64,000 bases of DNA, from the NCBI RefSeq assembly GCF_001194135.2, contig NC_068983.1, positions 24,530,030-24,594,029 of the forward strand, written 5' to 3'. Below are positions 38,326-51,411 of this stretch, piece by piece. Position 1 is the first letter of the stretch. The number at the start of each line of letters is the position of its first letter. Below the pieces are notes generated by a model. The model worked only from the letters and a program-made list of their open reading frames with translations. It was not told the DNA's origin and searched no databases. The DNA is from Octopus bimaculoides. Lineage: Eukaryota. The position numbers were made by a program, and so were the translations under genes.

Positions 38326-40540
38326 AATAGAGAGTGTAAGTGCACTTCCTAAAATTTTTGGGAGGTGCACCATTGATATTTGCACCCCTACTTACTTTTC
38401 TCAGGTTTAGAAAACAGTGTTTAAAAAGTGATTTGTTAAAAGTAGTTTGAAGTTAGGTTTCTTCCCCAAAAACAAAGAACAAAAGTAAATAACAAAAAAC
38501 AATAAGACTTTGTTTGTAAAATATTTGGACCAGGGTTTGCACCCACTTAGCAAACTTCATTCTTGGGTCAGTGCTACTATCATGGGAAAGAAAGGACACA
38601 TTACATAATGTTGTTCTAGACACTCTTACAAAAACTCAAAATAACCTACAATATAGAGTTTGGAAGAATTTACATGAAAAGGAACAAAAATCTTTCTTCT
38701 TTAGTTCAGTTTCCTTTTTCTCTTTTTTCATTTTTCTTTCTTTCACCTTATGGTTATGAATGAATTAAAACAGAAAATAAAATATTCTTTGTTATCAAAC
38801 CACTGACATTATTCTCATAAAGGATTTAATTCTTACTGATTTTTTTCCGAACCACTCCGTTTCTTTTATTCACAGCTTTATACTTCGTTCTGTAAAACTG
38901 CAAGGAAAAATACTTATAACAAGAGCTTGCTGTTTTACTACAAATAAATGAGCAGAAAACACAGATGAAATAAACTGGTGTTGATTCTGCATGCCAGAGT
39001 CATAGAAGCGAATAGCACCATTCTAAGATTGATTTTTAAAGTAGATTTCTTGTTATTTATGTGTCTGTATCATTGACTTTTATCTGATGACTAAAGTCAG
39101 TCAAATCTTCTTGTCCTTTTTTTTTCCCCTTCTTCTTTTGGAAACCAGAAATCTGTTGGTTATTAATCCTAACTTCCTTCACAATGCACTAGATTTTTGT
39201 CATCATTATATGCTCTCACCTTTCCCCCTTTGACTCATTCGTATTTTATGTGTCTAAACTTTATCTTTTCCATGAGAACACAGAAAGCATTCATTGCTTT
39301 CAGCTATGATAATCAGTGACAACCAATTAAGATATTTCTTGTTCATGGTTAGAAGCAGCATTTTCAAATAGTGACATAGTTTATCTCAGTGTTCAACGTT
39401 ATTTACAAGCAGTTGTAATGGCTTAATGTTTTTGTTACATTGCTAGCTTCTTGGGCACAGAGTTGCTGTATTCATAATGTGATTCCTTTCTTCAACAAAC
39501 TGATCACATTGCTATCTCTACTGAGGTTGTTCTATTGATTTAGTCTTCACAGATGACAGTTTATGTGGAAAAGTTTGTATAGGTCAGGTTAATTTTGTTG
39601 TTTTTTTAACCCTAGGTCAGGAATAAATGAGAAAATCTATGCTAAAAAGTATTACAGCTATAACCATCCCATTATATTTTTATCTTAAGAACCACTATAA
39701 TGTCCAATGCATCCTCTATTTAAGATAGTGGTGTGATTTGAGGGAGATTGGTTGTTGTTTCTTGCAAGTAAAATGGTCATGTAAAGGGTCCTTGCTGCTT
39801 CCATACATTAACTTTTGTCTTCAAAACTGTCTTCTGATATTAGAATATCAGCACTGGTGATAATCACTGTTCATTGCTCCATAATTTTAGGCTTTTCCTC
39901 TCGAACTTGATTGCGTTCCACCATCTTTCTTGATATTATCTTCTGCCTACAATTATCTCCTGTTGCTACTTCATTTCTGTCTCATCATACACTGTTTAAC
40001 TTCCATATATCTTAGATGTCTTAGTTTGATCTTGGTAGTTATGTTAATGATATTAGAAGGATGAAAAACTCTGAGCTGACTGTGGCAGTATTTGAACTCT
40101 TTATTCTGAAGCACTGATTTAGTCTTTTAGTTATATTGCCCAGTTTTGCTCCTCTAATAACAAAGGTATCATCCCACTTTCATATAATCTAGTTAGTTAT
40201 ATTTGTGTGAATAGATTTACATTTATCTGGTCTTTGATGTCCTTAGTATCTTTATTGCCACATTTGAAGGTTTTGTGGCCTTCTCAGTTTTCACCTTTTC
40301 TTATTACCTCAGCTATTGATTTGATAAATGGAAAAATAATCATACAAATTGAACTGTTAAAAGCTACAAGATAAAAGCTATTTATTTCTTAGAGGAAACA
40401 ACTACTCTAAGAAATAAACGACTTTTAAATTTTCTTTGTGTTATTTTTATGCTTGTGGTTTTTCTATTTTCTTGGGAGGTAATTTGTATATCATTTCACT
40501 TTATTAATTTGCTAATTTTTAATTCGTTTTTCTGTTTTAG

Positions 40541-40663
40541 GCAGGGGAATCCAAGTCCGAACAGACAGTGTCTGAGAATCAGACTAAAAAGGTCTTTGTT
40601 GGAGGACTTCCATTTGATGTTGATGAAGGCGTTTTAATAAAGTTTTTCTCAAAATATGGCAAG
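40541..40663 (+). CDS. Internal coding exon (123 nt, phase 0/0) of an RRM RNA-binding protein, Musashi/DAZAP1/hnRNP A-B-D-like
   Basis: Branch-like CTAAT (40512-40516), pyrimidine tract and ttttag acceptor; donor AAG|gtaggt. Open frame AGESKSEQTVSENQTKKVFVGGLPFDVDEGVLIKFFSKYGK (41 aa) contains RNP2 (VFVGGL), helix 1 and the F..YG motif of an RRM. Orthologue cannot be fixed from one exon. Confidence 0.88.
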
Positions 40664-43600
40664 GTAGGTAAACTTTGTTTATAGAACCAGGGAAGTAATA
40701 CAAGCATTGTGTATCACCTTTGTAAAATATTTTACACTGAGAATTTTAGGGTGTTTCAAAAATTTTCAGTAGGGAACACCAGCTTCCCTGGATATGATAT
40801 ATAGTTGAGAGAGATGTAGTGTGTATATGTCTATTTTGATTATTTATTTATTCTCTCTATTTAAAAAAATAGTCATTAAAAAATGACTATTTTTTTTTTA
40901 GTTGTGTTCTTTCGCATTGAATTTTTGCAAGCAGTGGAATTTTTGAGAATGTAATACGTGACATTCTAATTATGATAAATACAGAAAAAATATTGCGACA
41001 TTATAAAATTCTCAACTGTCTTTATAATTAGGTTGCAAGTTTTCTCAGAGCTCACAATACCAGATTAATTTACTATATCAACAAGAACAACAACAACATC
41101 AATAATAATTATGATGATGATTATTCTTTCATTGCTCATATGGGCCCAATACATTGAAGACAACACAAAGGATGAAATGCAACATACACACGCAACGCAA
41201 CATGGGGGCTTACATCAGCTAGCTGAAATTTCTCTGTCTCATAGCTGCAGAAAGTGTCAAAGTAGGCATTAGATAATAATTTCTAACATAGGTTGAAGGC
41301 CTACTACAAGTTTGAAGTGGGTGGGCATTAGTTAGTACCATCAATGCCAGTACTTAAATTTTACTTGTCTTTTCATGTGTGCAGGTATTGTAGTTGTGTG
41401 GTAATAGGTTTGCTTTCCAGTTATATGGTTCTGGTTTCAATCCCACTGCATAGTACTTCTTCTATTGCCCTGGACTGAGCAAAGCAGATCCTGAAAGAAG
41501 CCCATTGTATACACAGTGAGACACGGGGATATGTAACACATTGCATAAGTACCAGTCTTGAGAAACTAGGCTTCTCAAAATCAGAAAGGAAAAAGTTGAT
41601 TTGAAGACTGCAGATCCAAGCCATCATTGGAACTGTAAAAATCTGTAAAACTTTCTAGAAATTTATCATTTAGTTATATATGTACATATCTTGATATGCA
41701 ACTATATGAGAATACATACATAAAACAAAATATCTGCACACACACTGAGTCCAAATGCTGCACATATACACACATACATGCAAAAATACCCTGTTGATGT
41801 TGTTGAAATTCCAATGAAGGAACTTTGGATCTAGGTTAGAAATTGACCCTTTCTCTATTGGCAAAAAATCTTGAAAGAGAATTGTATAATGACATATACA
41901 CATATGTACATATGTATGTAAGCTTTGTATGCATATATCTATGTGTGTGTGTCTTTGTGTTTGCTCCCCCCCCCCACCTCCACCACCACCACCACCTCTT
42001 GATAACTAAATGGTTTGTTTATACCCCTGTAATTACATAATTTGGCAAAAAGACACTGATACAATAATTGTTAGGCTTTAAAAAAAAAGAGAAAAAATAT
42101 TAGGGNNNNNNNNNNNNNNNNNNNNNNNNNNNNNNNNNNNNNNNNNNNNNNNNNNNNNNNNNNNNNNNNNNNNNNNNNNNNNNNNNNNNNNNNNNNNNNN
42201 NNNNNNNNNNNNNNNNNNNNNNNNNNNNNNNNNNNNNNNNNNNNNNNNNNNNNNNNNNNNNNNNNNNNNNNNNNNNNNNNNNNNNNNNNNNNNNNNNNNN
42301 NNNNNNNNNNNNNNNNNNNNNNNNNNNNNNNNNNNNNNNNNNNNNNNNNNNNNNNNNNNNNNNNNNNNNNNNNNNNNNNNNNNNNNNNNNNNNNNNNNNN
42401 NNNNNNNNNNNNNNNNNNNNNNNNNNNNNNNNNNNNNNNNNNNNNNNNNNNNNNNNNNNNNNNNNNNNNNNNNNNNNNNNNNNNNNNNNNNNNNNNNNNN
42501 NNNNNNNNNNNNNNNNNNNNNNNNNNNNNNNNNNNNNNNNNNNNNNNNNNNNNNNNNNNNNNNNNGAGTGTGGAACAAATAATGAAATAATTGTTTTAAA
42601 TTTTGACTAATGGCCTTGACTGGTACTTAATTTTATTGACCAGTAAGGATGAAAGGCAAAATTAAATCTTGGCTGGATTTGAACTCACAACATAAAGAGT
42701 CATGGGAAATACCACTTGGCAGTTTTATCGTAAACTTTAACAATCCTCATTTCTTTACTGCCCATAGGGGGCTAAACATAGAGGAGACAAACAAGGATAG
42801 AGAAAGAGATTAAGTCGATTACATCGACCCCCCCCCCCAGTACGCAACTGGTACTTAATTTATCAAGCAGTCAAGTACTGGGGTCGATGTGATCAGCTTA
42901 CCTGCTTCCCACAAATTTCAGACCTTCTGCCTATAGTAGAAAGGATTATTATTATTATTTAAGGCAGTGAGTAGGCATATTCTTTTAGTGGCATTTCATC
43001 TGTCCGTATGTTCTGAACGCAAATTCCGCCGGGGTTGACTTTGCTTTTCATCCTTTTGGTGGGCGATAAAATAAGTACCTGTAATCAACTTGCTGGCCTT
43101 GTGCCAAAATTTGAATTAACATTAATTTTAATAATCTCCTTTACCTACCTCAGAAGTTTCTAATGAAGGGAATATTACAATAAGATAAATGAATATTTGT
43201 TGCATAAATATATACTTGTCTCTCTACTTATTGTGATTAAGAAGATTAATCAAGTGTTTCCCCCCACTTACAGGTATTTTTACAGACACACACAATCACA
43301 CATACACACATAGATTGTCTTTTAGTTGATGGCCATGCTGTCAGAGAGCAGGATTTTTAATTTAGTTAAGCAACGAAAGAGTAGATATCAAACCATACAT
43401 CTTGTTACTTATCTGTTGGTTTTAGGAGAAGATGTCAATTTAGAATATTGGTTTGTGCTGTCAAATTGAAAGCAGTAATGAAGGAGATCAGATGTATTCA
43501 GCCTTGTTATTTTCTCTCTCTCTCTCCCTCCTCCCTCTCTCTTTCTCTTTCGTTATTTTATAGTGGGAACCCACAGGGGCTATTAGTTAGTGTTATTGGG

Positions 43601-43841
43601 TAGTGTGGACTCCGTTAGCTCTTCCTTGTGTGCTGGTTGTGCGATCAGCAGATATTCTCTAGAACTGTAAATGGGTTCAAAAATTAATTTTTTTTTTATT
43701 CTCATGTATAAACTGACATTAAATTGGTAGGAGTACTTGTATTTTGTTGATGCAAAAGTATTTATTTGGCATTTTCAGCTGCACTTTAGATAATGAATAT
43801 TACTTTGTTTTTACATTATTATTATTATTATTATTATCATC

Positions 43842-43879
<38 letters not shown>

Positions 43880-44332
43880 TAATTCCATAGTTATAGTTTC
43901 TCAACTCTAGCAATGAATTTGTTCTCTTTTGATATACAAGCTGCACATACAACACGCACACACACACACGCACACACACACACACGCACACACACATGCA
44001 CACACGCATGCACATGCACACACATGCACATACACAAAACAACAGAACAAAAAAGAACAATGGTAGTACCATAAACAATTTAGTCAGAAATATGCTTCAA
44101 ACATATATATGGATAACGACTCTTAAAGTTTAAGTATGATGGTAATTATTTTACATACAGTATAATGTTAGCATTATTACATTATTAATAATGAAGACGT
44201 TGACATGTAACACTTGTTTTGTTGCTCATAGAATCCATTTAACATTGTCTCATGAATTATATCTTTTCAAGTATGTGTGATGTATTTATGTGTGTGTGTG
44301 TATATTAGTGTATGTATGTGTATACATATATA

Positions 44333-45110
44333 TACTGGGTGTGATGGGTAAATTGTTGCCATTTTATATTTTTAATTTTGCGCATGTGCATGGTTTGTTT
44401 TCGGTTTGTCGAATACACAGTATAGTAGGGTCAGTTGGGCACTGTCTGTGAGAAAAACAGCACCATGATGCAATTCACTCTGCCAGAAATTTGGAAATGA
44501 CATGCTGTACTGCTTGGCATTCGTGCCAGAAGATCCAGTATGAACATTTAAGAGTGTTTGGATGTCATTTTGAGGAAATATACTGAAAGTGATAAAAATC
44601 CAACATCCAATCAACATCATGGTGTTTGAAGTGATCACTAGTGATGGCAACGTTATGCCTCCCTTCATCTTTCCACATGGCCTCAGACTCAACACGGAGG
44701 CCTATATCAAGTGCCTGTTGGAGACAGTATTATCCTTGGTCAAGAGAGAGGCTGCTGGAAGATCCTATGTCTGACAACAGGACTCTGCACCATGCCACAC
44801 AAGTAGGAGAACCTAGTCATGGCTGTCAGACAATTTCTGCAACCACACCACTCCTAACATCTGGCCACCTAACTCCCCAGATTGCAACCCCCTTTGATTA
44901 TTATGTGTGGGGTGCAGTTGAGTGAGAGACCAGCAAAACTATTTGTAACACCAAAGATAAATTGAAGGCAAGGATTATGGCAGCATTCACCAACTTAAAC
45001 AAGGAGACCATCCAGAAGAGCTGCAGGAGATTGCAAAGTAATCTGGAGGCTGTGGTTGAAGCGAATGATGTTTTTATTGAATAAATTTACTCTTTAGTAT
45101 TTCAAGACTT
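44333..45110 (+). mobile_element. Internally deleted Tc1/mariner DD37D (maT-type) transposon relic
   Basis: TA plus probable left TIR CTGGGTGTGATGGG. N-terminal MMQFTLPEIWK*HAVLLGIR is joined to QHPINIMVF...QQDSAPCHT...WPPNSPDCNPFDYYVW...LEAVVEANDVFIE*. Catalytic D at 44781 and D at 44895 are 37 residues apart; several stops; no right TIR seen. Confidence 0.85.
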
Positions 45111-45119
45111 TTGGTAAAA

Positions 45120-45355
45120 ATATTTGTAATATACTTGGTAAACATAATCTAAAATATACTCTCCTCTATTTTCTACAATGCTCTTTCATATACCTGATAG
45201 ACTTGCAAGGCCCCTCTTCTAACATTCTCTTGTGCAAGACGAAAAATAATCCTCCAGTACTGTTCTGACTCGTATATGGCCACGTTTTATCCTGATGGAA
45301 GAACAACTTTCATCTTGAAACCAAAGATGGTCATTTTCCTTCTAGCACTTATTTG
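45120..45355 (-). mobile_element. Mariner-type transposase relic (internally deleted C-terminal part)
   Basis: Minus frames give FFHQDKTWPYT (HQDNARPHT-like) and VLEDYFSSCTREC*KRGLASLSGI*KSIVENRGEYILD, a typical mariner C-terminus. Confidence 0.65.
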
Positions 45356-46256
45356 GTCATGATTGGTTGGTGCTTTTTATGTGCCACTGGCACGCGAGCC
45401 AGTCAGGTGGACCTGACATCGACCACAGGAGCCAGTCTGGGGGTATTGGCATTGGCCATGTTCGGTTGTTGCTTTTTACGTCCCACCGGTACGGGATCCA
45501 GTCAGCCGGACCTGGCATTAATCATGTTCAGATGGTGCTTTTTATGTGTCACTGGCACAAAAGCCAGTCAAGGGCACTGGCCCCCACCTACGATTTTAGT
45601 TTTACTTGACTCAACAGGTCTTCTCAAGCATATCATATCGCCCGACGTATCAAGGGTATTCTTAACAGGCCTGGGCATGTGTGACTGCGATCTCATTTTA
45701 GTTGTCGGGTCTTCTCAATCACAGCATGTCTCCAAAGGTCCTGGTCTCCTGTCATTGCCTCTATGAGGCCCAATGTTTGAAGGTCATTCTTCACAACCTC
45801 ATCCCATGTCTTCCTGGGTTTACCTCTTCCACAGGTTCCTTCTACAGTTAAGGAGTGGCAATTCCTCACACAGCTGTCTTTATTCATATATAACACATGG
45901 CCATACCAGCACAGTCGTCTCTCTTACATACTACATTTGATGCTTCTCATGCCCAACTTTTTTCTCAGGGTGCTCACACTCTGTCGTGTATGCACACTGA
46001 CATTACACATCCAGTGGATCATACTAGGTTCATTTCTTTCACGCCTATGCCTGCCCTCAGCATTCACGGCCCATGTTTCACTACTGTCTAGCGTGGCAGT
46101 TTGCACACATGCATCGTACAGTCTACCTTTCACCCTGAATGAGAGGACCTTAGTTGTCAGCAGAGGTAGGAGCTCCCTGAACTTTGCCCTGGCTATTCTT
46201 ACTCTAGTTGCTATACTCTCAGAGCAACTGCCCCCGACTACAAGCTTGGTCACCTA
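45350..46256 (-). mobile_element. 5'-truncated RTE-clade LINE (RT C-terminus plus 3'UTR)
   Basis: GGSCSESIATRVRIARAKFRELLPLLTTK...KGRLYDACVQ...SETW...ERRLCWYGHV...GRGKPRKTWDEVVKNDL...DQDLWRHAVIEKTRQLK* at 46253-45693, followed by a 3'UTR with repeated GGTGCTTTTTATGTG units. Confidence 0.9.
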
Positions 46257-46359
46257 GGTAACAGAAGCTATTAACAATTTCTAGTATTTATATTTTTTTA
46301 TTATGAACTGTGATATGGCAAGACATTACTGTATATGTGTATATGTATGTATATACACT

Positions 46360-46735
46360 TTTACTCTTTTACTTGTTTTAGTCATTTGACTGCAGCCATG
46401 CTGGATCCCAGGACTTATTCTTTGTAAGCCTAGTACTTATTCTATCAGTCTCTTATGCTGAACCGCTAAGTTACGGGGACACACCAGCCTCGGTTGTCAA
46501 GCAATGTTGGGGGAACAAACACAGAGACACAAACATATACACAGACATACATATAGATATACATATATACGATGGGCTTCTTTCAGTTTCCATCTACCAA
46601 ATCTACTCAAAAGGCTTTGGTCAGCCCAAGGCCATAGTAGAAGACATTTGCCCAAGGTGCCACAAAGTGGAACTGAACCTGGAATCATGTGGCTGGTAGC
46701 AAGCTACTTACCACACAGCCACTCCTGCGTCTATA
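46360..46735 (-). mobile_element. SINE A, near full length
   Basis: Reverse copy with small internal deletions. Confidence 0.8.
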
Positions 46736-46743
46736 TATATATG

Positions 46744-46792
<49 letters not shown>

Positions 46793-47735
46793 CGCCGGAG
46801 TTTTAATGGTGGCAGCTGATGAAGGGGATGTTTCTATGTGGCCTGCTTGTTTGTTGCACCTTGTTTACCATTTTGTCCTTGTTCTTTTGCCACGTTATGT
46901 ATCTATATGTACATGTAGATGAATGTATATACATACATGTACATATATATGCATATACTCATATATTGTTTATATATANNNNNNNNNNNNNNNNNNNNNN
47001 NNNNNNNNNNNNNNNNNNNNNNNNNNNNNNNNNNNNNNNNNNNNNNNNNNNNNNNNNNNNNNNNNNNNNNNNNNNNNNNNNNNNNNNNNNNNNNNNNNNN
47101 NNNNNNNNNNNNNNNNNNNNNNNNNNNNNNNNNNNNNNNNNNNNNNNNNNNNNNNNNNNNNNNNNNNNNNNNNNNNNNNNNNNNNNNNNNNNNNNNNNNN
47201 NNNNNNNNNNNNNNNNNNNNNNNNNNNNNNNNNNNNNNNNNNNNNNNNNNNNNNNNNNNNNNNNNNNNNNNNNNNNNNNNNNNNNNNNNNNNNNNNNNNN
47301 NNNNNNNNNNNNNNNNNNNNNNNNNNNNNNNNNNNNNNNNNNNNNNNNNNNNNNNNNNNNNNNNNNNNNNNNNNNNNNNNNNNNNNNNNNNNNNNNNNNN
47401 NNNNNNNNNNNNNNNNNNNNNNNNNNNNNNNNNNNNNNNNNNNNNNNNNNNNNNNNNNNNNNNNNNNNNNNNNNNNNNNNNNNNNNNNNNNNNNNNNNNN
47501 NNNNNNNNNNNNNNNNNNNNNNNNNNNNNNNNNNNNNNNNNNNNNNNNNNNNNNNNNNNNNNNNNNNNNNNNNNNTATATATACATATATAATGGTTGTG
47601 GTTTGAACAAATTATGCAAAGATATATGATTGTTATTGCTGTTAATCAGCGTTTGAGAAGAGAATGAAAAAGAATCAATGCAATTTCTTGCATTGTTAAA
47701 CCACAAGTAAAGACGTATTTATATATATATATCTA

Positions 47736-47771
<36 letters not shown>

Positions 47772-47997
47772 TTTCTGAGAGAGAAAGAGATAGATAGATA
47801 GAAACATAGATAGATAGAGAGACAGAGAGGTAGAAGTAATGCAAATAAATTAGGTTGCTTTTGTTTCATTCATGTAGCAAGTCAGGTTTGTTCCTACATA
47901 GAAATAAGTGTTGGTACAAGATAAATGACAGCTCGCAACTACTAGGATTATCTCTTCAAGAGACACTGTACAAATTGGGATTAATACAAAAAAAATA

Positions 47998-48045
<48 letters not shown>

Positions 48046-48707
48046 ATAGAAAAAGCAAATTTATTATTTGCGGGGAAATTCCTTGGAAATGATCAAACCA
48101 AAATGCACATAAACTATGCTGTTTATTCAACTGATTGTAATTTGTTGTTTCTGTTATGAAAGTAAACTGCGGTAAACAAAACCAAAATGTGGCACTAAAT
48201 GTAAAATGTAAAAGAGGTTTTTTCATTGATGTATCACAAGGAAACAATGTTTATTCTGAAAACTGTTACAACAATAGTAATTATTGCATGTGAAATGAAT
48301 TGTCTTATATCATATATAATACTATTCTGCTGTTAACAGAGATTAGAATGCTTAAAGAGTGACGGCTCTCTGTTGAATGGTATCCTTAGAAATCAGACAA
48401 TAAAACGTACACATGCGTTATTAATAATAATGATCTCCTATAAAATAATGACCGCAAATATTTTGAGTGAAGAATATGTTGAGGATTTAATTAATCCCAC
48501 TATTTGATTGTTGCTTATATTATTAATAATAAACCCTCGCCCAATCTTGACTAATAGCAGGCTTCCTATCATTTCTGCCATACTGTTGTGCTATTTAATT
48601 ATCTCTTTACATAAAAGCCTATGTCATGTTTCTTTGCTTGTTGGTTTTATCACACTGTGAGAATATTTCACAAACTTAAAGATACATATGTACATAAATA
48701 CATACAA

Positions 48708-48741
<34 letters not shown>

Positions 48742-48825
48742 GTATAATTGATAACATAAAGAGTGGAGATTTATTCACACCTAAAATTTTTTGATCGAAA
48801 AATTTTCTTCTGCATATATAACACT

Positions 48826-48910
48826 GACCTACATATGTTTCGATTGAAGTAACTGCACATTCTTTCGTATGCAAGCATGCATCCTAGTTGCTGCAATTTC
48901 ATCAAGGGCC
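48826..48910 (-). ncRNA. Degenerate type I hammerhead ribozyme motif
   Basis: Minus strand reads GGCC-CUUGAUGA-A AUUGCAGCAAC...GUUACUUCAAU C-GAAA-CAUAUG-UA/GGUC: 4-bp stem I, long stem II (9 of 11 pairs), ACAUAUGU palindrome. Defects are one extra U in the core and an A.C closing pair. Confidence 0.55.
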
Positions 48911-49429
48911 CCGCTCATAATGTGTTCAAAGTGAACTGATTCAAACAAGTGTCCTGCGTTGGTATTCTGATGAAGGTTATAGCATTACATTTTAAATCCA
49001 ATGGAATTCTGATATTATAATCACCTCTACTGGTATTACAGTCGAAGCATGGTTTTAAAATGTTTATTCAGATTTCAATTAATTGTAGCAGTTTTGTGTA
49101 AATAAGTGGGTCTGTTAGCTTAACTCTGATTGTAGGTATAAAAATATCATATACAGATATAAGGTTACCTCAAAGAATAGGGAGTACTTCTATGTAACTC
49201 ACGTTATATTGAGCAAATAATTCGCAGTCATTTAAATTTGCTTTGGAATAGGAACAAAATGAATACTACTAACTTTAGTAAACTAATTTGGACACTAAAA
49301 GGTAGTAACAAAGTATATTCAATTGTTTGGGAAATAATTAGTAAGGTAAAACTTATAGAATATGCAATAATAGATGTGATGTTTGTGTGAAAGAACTGTA
49401 CCAAATTTTTACTTCTAAGTTTACTCATA

Positions 49430-49720
49430 TAAACACAAGACAGGAACAGGAAAGTGAGGCTGGAGAGGAAGGTATTGTCACCCAGGAAGTTCATTGAAAA
49501 GTGGGTGAATGTGACAAGAATGGCCCGCATAAATGAGCCTACTTTGAGTGTGCGCCTGTAGGCCGGATGAAAGGCAGACGAGAGGGTGCCTTCCTGAGGA
49601 GAGTTTGGTGTTAAGGATTCCAAAGTGCATGAGGTCTTTTTGGTCACCTTATGGTGGAACTCCACCCTATTGGGGAAGCATATTGTTGATTTAATCTCTT
49701 TTTTAACCATTGTGTTTGCT
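49430..49720 (+). mobile_element. L1/Tx1-type LINE 3' end relic
   Basis: QDRNRKVRLERKVLSPRKFIEKWVNVTRMARINEPTLSVRL* (49436-49561) resembles the Tx1 ORF2 C-terminus (R..R.E...F...W); GC-richer 3'UTR follows. Confidence 0.55.
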
Positions 49721-49793
49721 TGCTGTTTACATGTTTAACCTCACTGTCTTTCATTTGTGTATCGCCCTCTATGTTTTGTGTTCAGCCTTGGTA

Positions 49794-49891
<98 letters not shown>

Positions 49892-49914
49892 GCTGTTGTT
49901 GTTGTTGTTGTTGT

Positions 49915-50148
49915 TATAAGGTGGTGAACTGGCAGAATTGTTAGCATGCTGGGCAAAATGCTTAGCAGTATTTTGTCTGTCCTTATGTTGTGAGTTCAAA
50001 TTCTGCCAAGGTCGACTATGCCTTTCCTCCTCTCAGGGAAGGTGAAATAAGTACCAGTCACACACTGGGGTTGATACAATCGACTAGCCCCTCTCCCCCA
50101 AATTTTAGGCCCTTGTGTCTTTTTAGTAGAAAGGATTATTATTTTTAA

Positions 50149-50190
<42 letters not shown>

Positions 50191-50620
50191 GGTTGAGAGC
50201 AGGCAGAATTGTTAGCATGCCAGGCAAAATGCTTAGCAGCATTTCATCTGTCTTTATGTTCTGAGTTCAAATTCTGCTGTGGTCAACTTTGCCTTTCATC
50301 CTTTCAGAATCGATTAAAATAAGTACCTGTTGTGTACTGGGGACCAATGTAACTGCTGGTCTTGTACCAAAATTTGAAATCATTGTTGTTGTTTTTGTTG
50401 TCTTTTAGATGGCAAGCTGGCAGAATCATTACTGTATTGGACAAAATATTTTGCAGTATTTCTGCCATCTTTACATTCTGAGTTCAAATTTTGCTCTGAG
50501 GTCAGCTTTGGCTTTCATTTTTTTAGGGTCGATAAAATAAGTACCATTTGAGCACTGGGATTGATGTGATTGACTTACCCCCCACCTCCAAAATTACTGG
50601 CTTTTTGCCACCATTATTAT
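49915..50620 (+). mobile_element. Array of three head-to-tail SINE B copies
   Basis: Units start at about 49917, 50188 and 50408 with (ATT)/(GTT) linkers; (ACT)n follows the last. Confidence 0.8.
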
Positions 50621-51411
50621 CACTACTACTACTACTACTACTACTACTACGTTAGAGAAATGGACTTGCAGAAGCTCTATGGAGAATAACTAAGACAGAA
50701 TTCAGCCTTTTTCACATTGTCAGCTTGATAGGAATTTACCATTTCTCTGTGACATTAATATATTTATATTTATACTCTCACTTTACACACATGCAAATAA
50801 ACGTATGCACATAGATACCACCCCCACACACACACAGAATCTAATTTCTTTCAATTGTTAAGTATAGCAAATGTGTTTAAGTAACCAGTTTATGACATAA
50901 GCTTGACTGATTGATTAGTTAATTAAAAATTTGGCCAAGAGGCTGTAAACTTTGGTAAGAACACTCACTTTGTTCATTTGATGGCTGTCTATTTAAGTTA
51001 GAAAATAATTGGTTCTACTTCATAATGATAATGAGCATCAAGAAACACAAACACCTGCTTTAAGAAAACCTATGTTTCTCAATGTCATGACAGAATGTCC
51101 TTAGAATGAAAAGTCAGAAGACAGCAAATGACTGATTTAAAAGTAGTTCTTGTGAATGGTTTGTGCATGGAGATATTTTCAATTCAGCTTGCTACACTTT
51201 AACTTAGGGTCACCAAAGTTTAGCTAAAGATGAGCTGAATGGATTAGTAGTTTGAAAGATTAAAGATGCTGTATAATAAGGTATATTGTTTTTATGACTT
51301 AGTCGGACAAAGAGGGCAGTGTCTATGACCTTTAGTGTCAGAATAAATACTGCAAAGCATTCTGTCTAATGCTCGTTCGATCCTGTCATTTCACCATCTA
51401 TATTTTGGCAC

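Noticed and set aside
49228-49710. 160-aa minus-strand ORF
   Set aside because: It is antisense to an L1/Tx1-like 3' relic plus AT-rich sequence, with no domain features.
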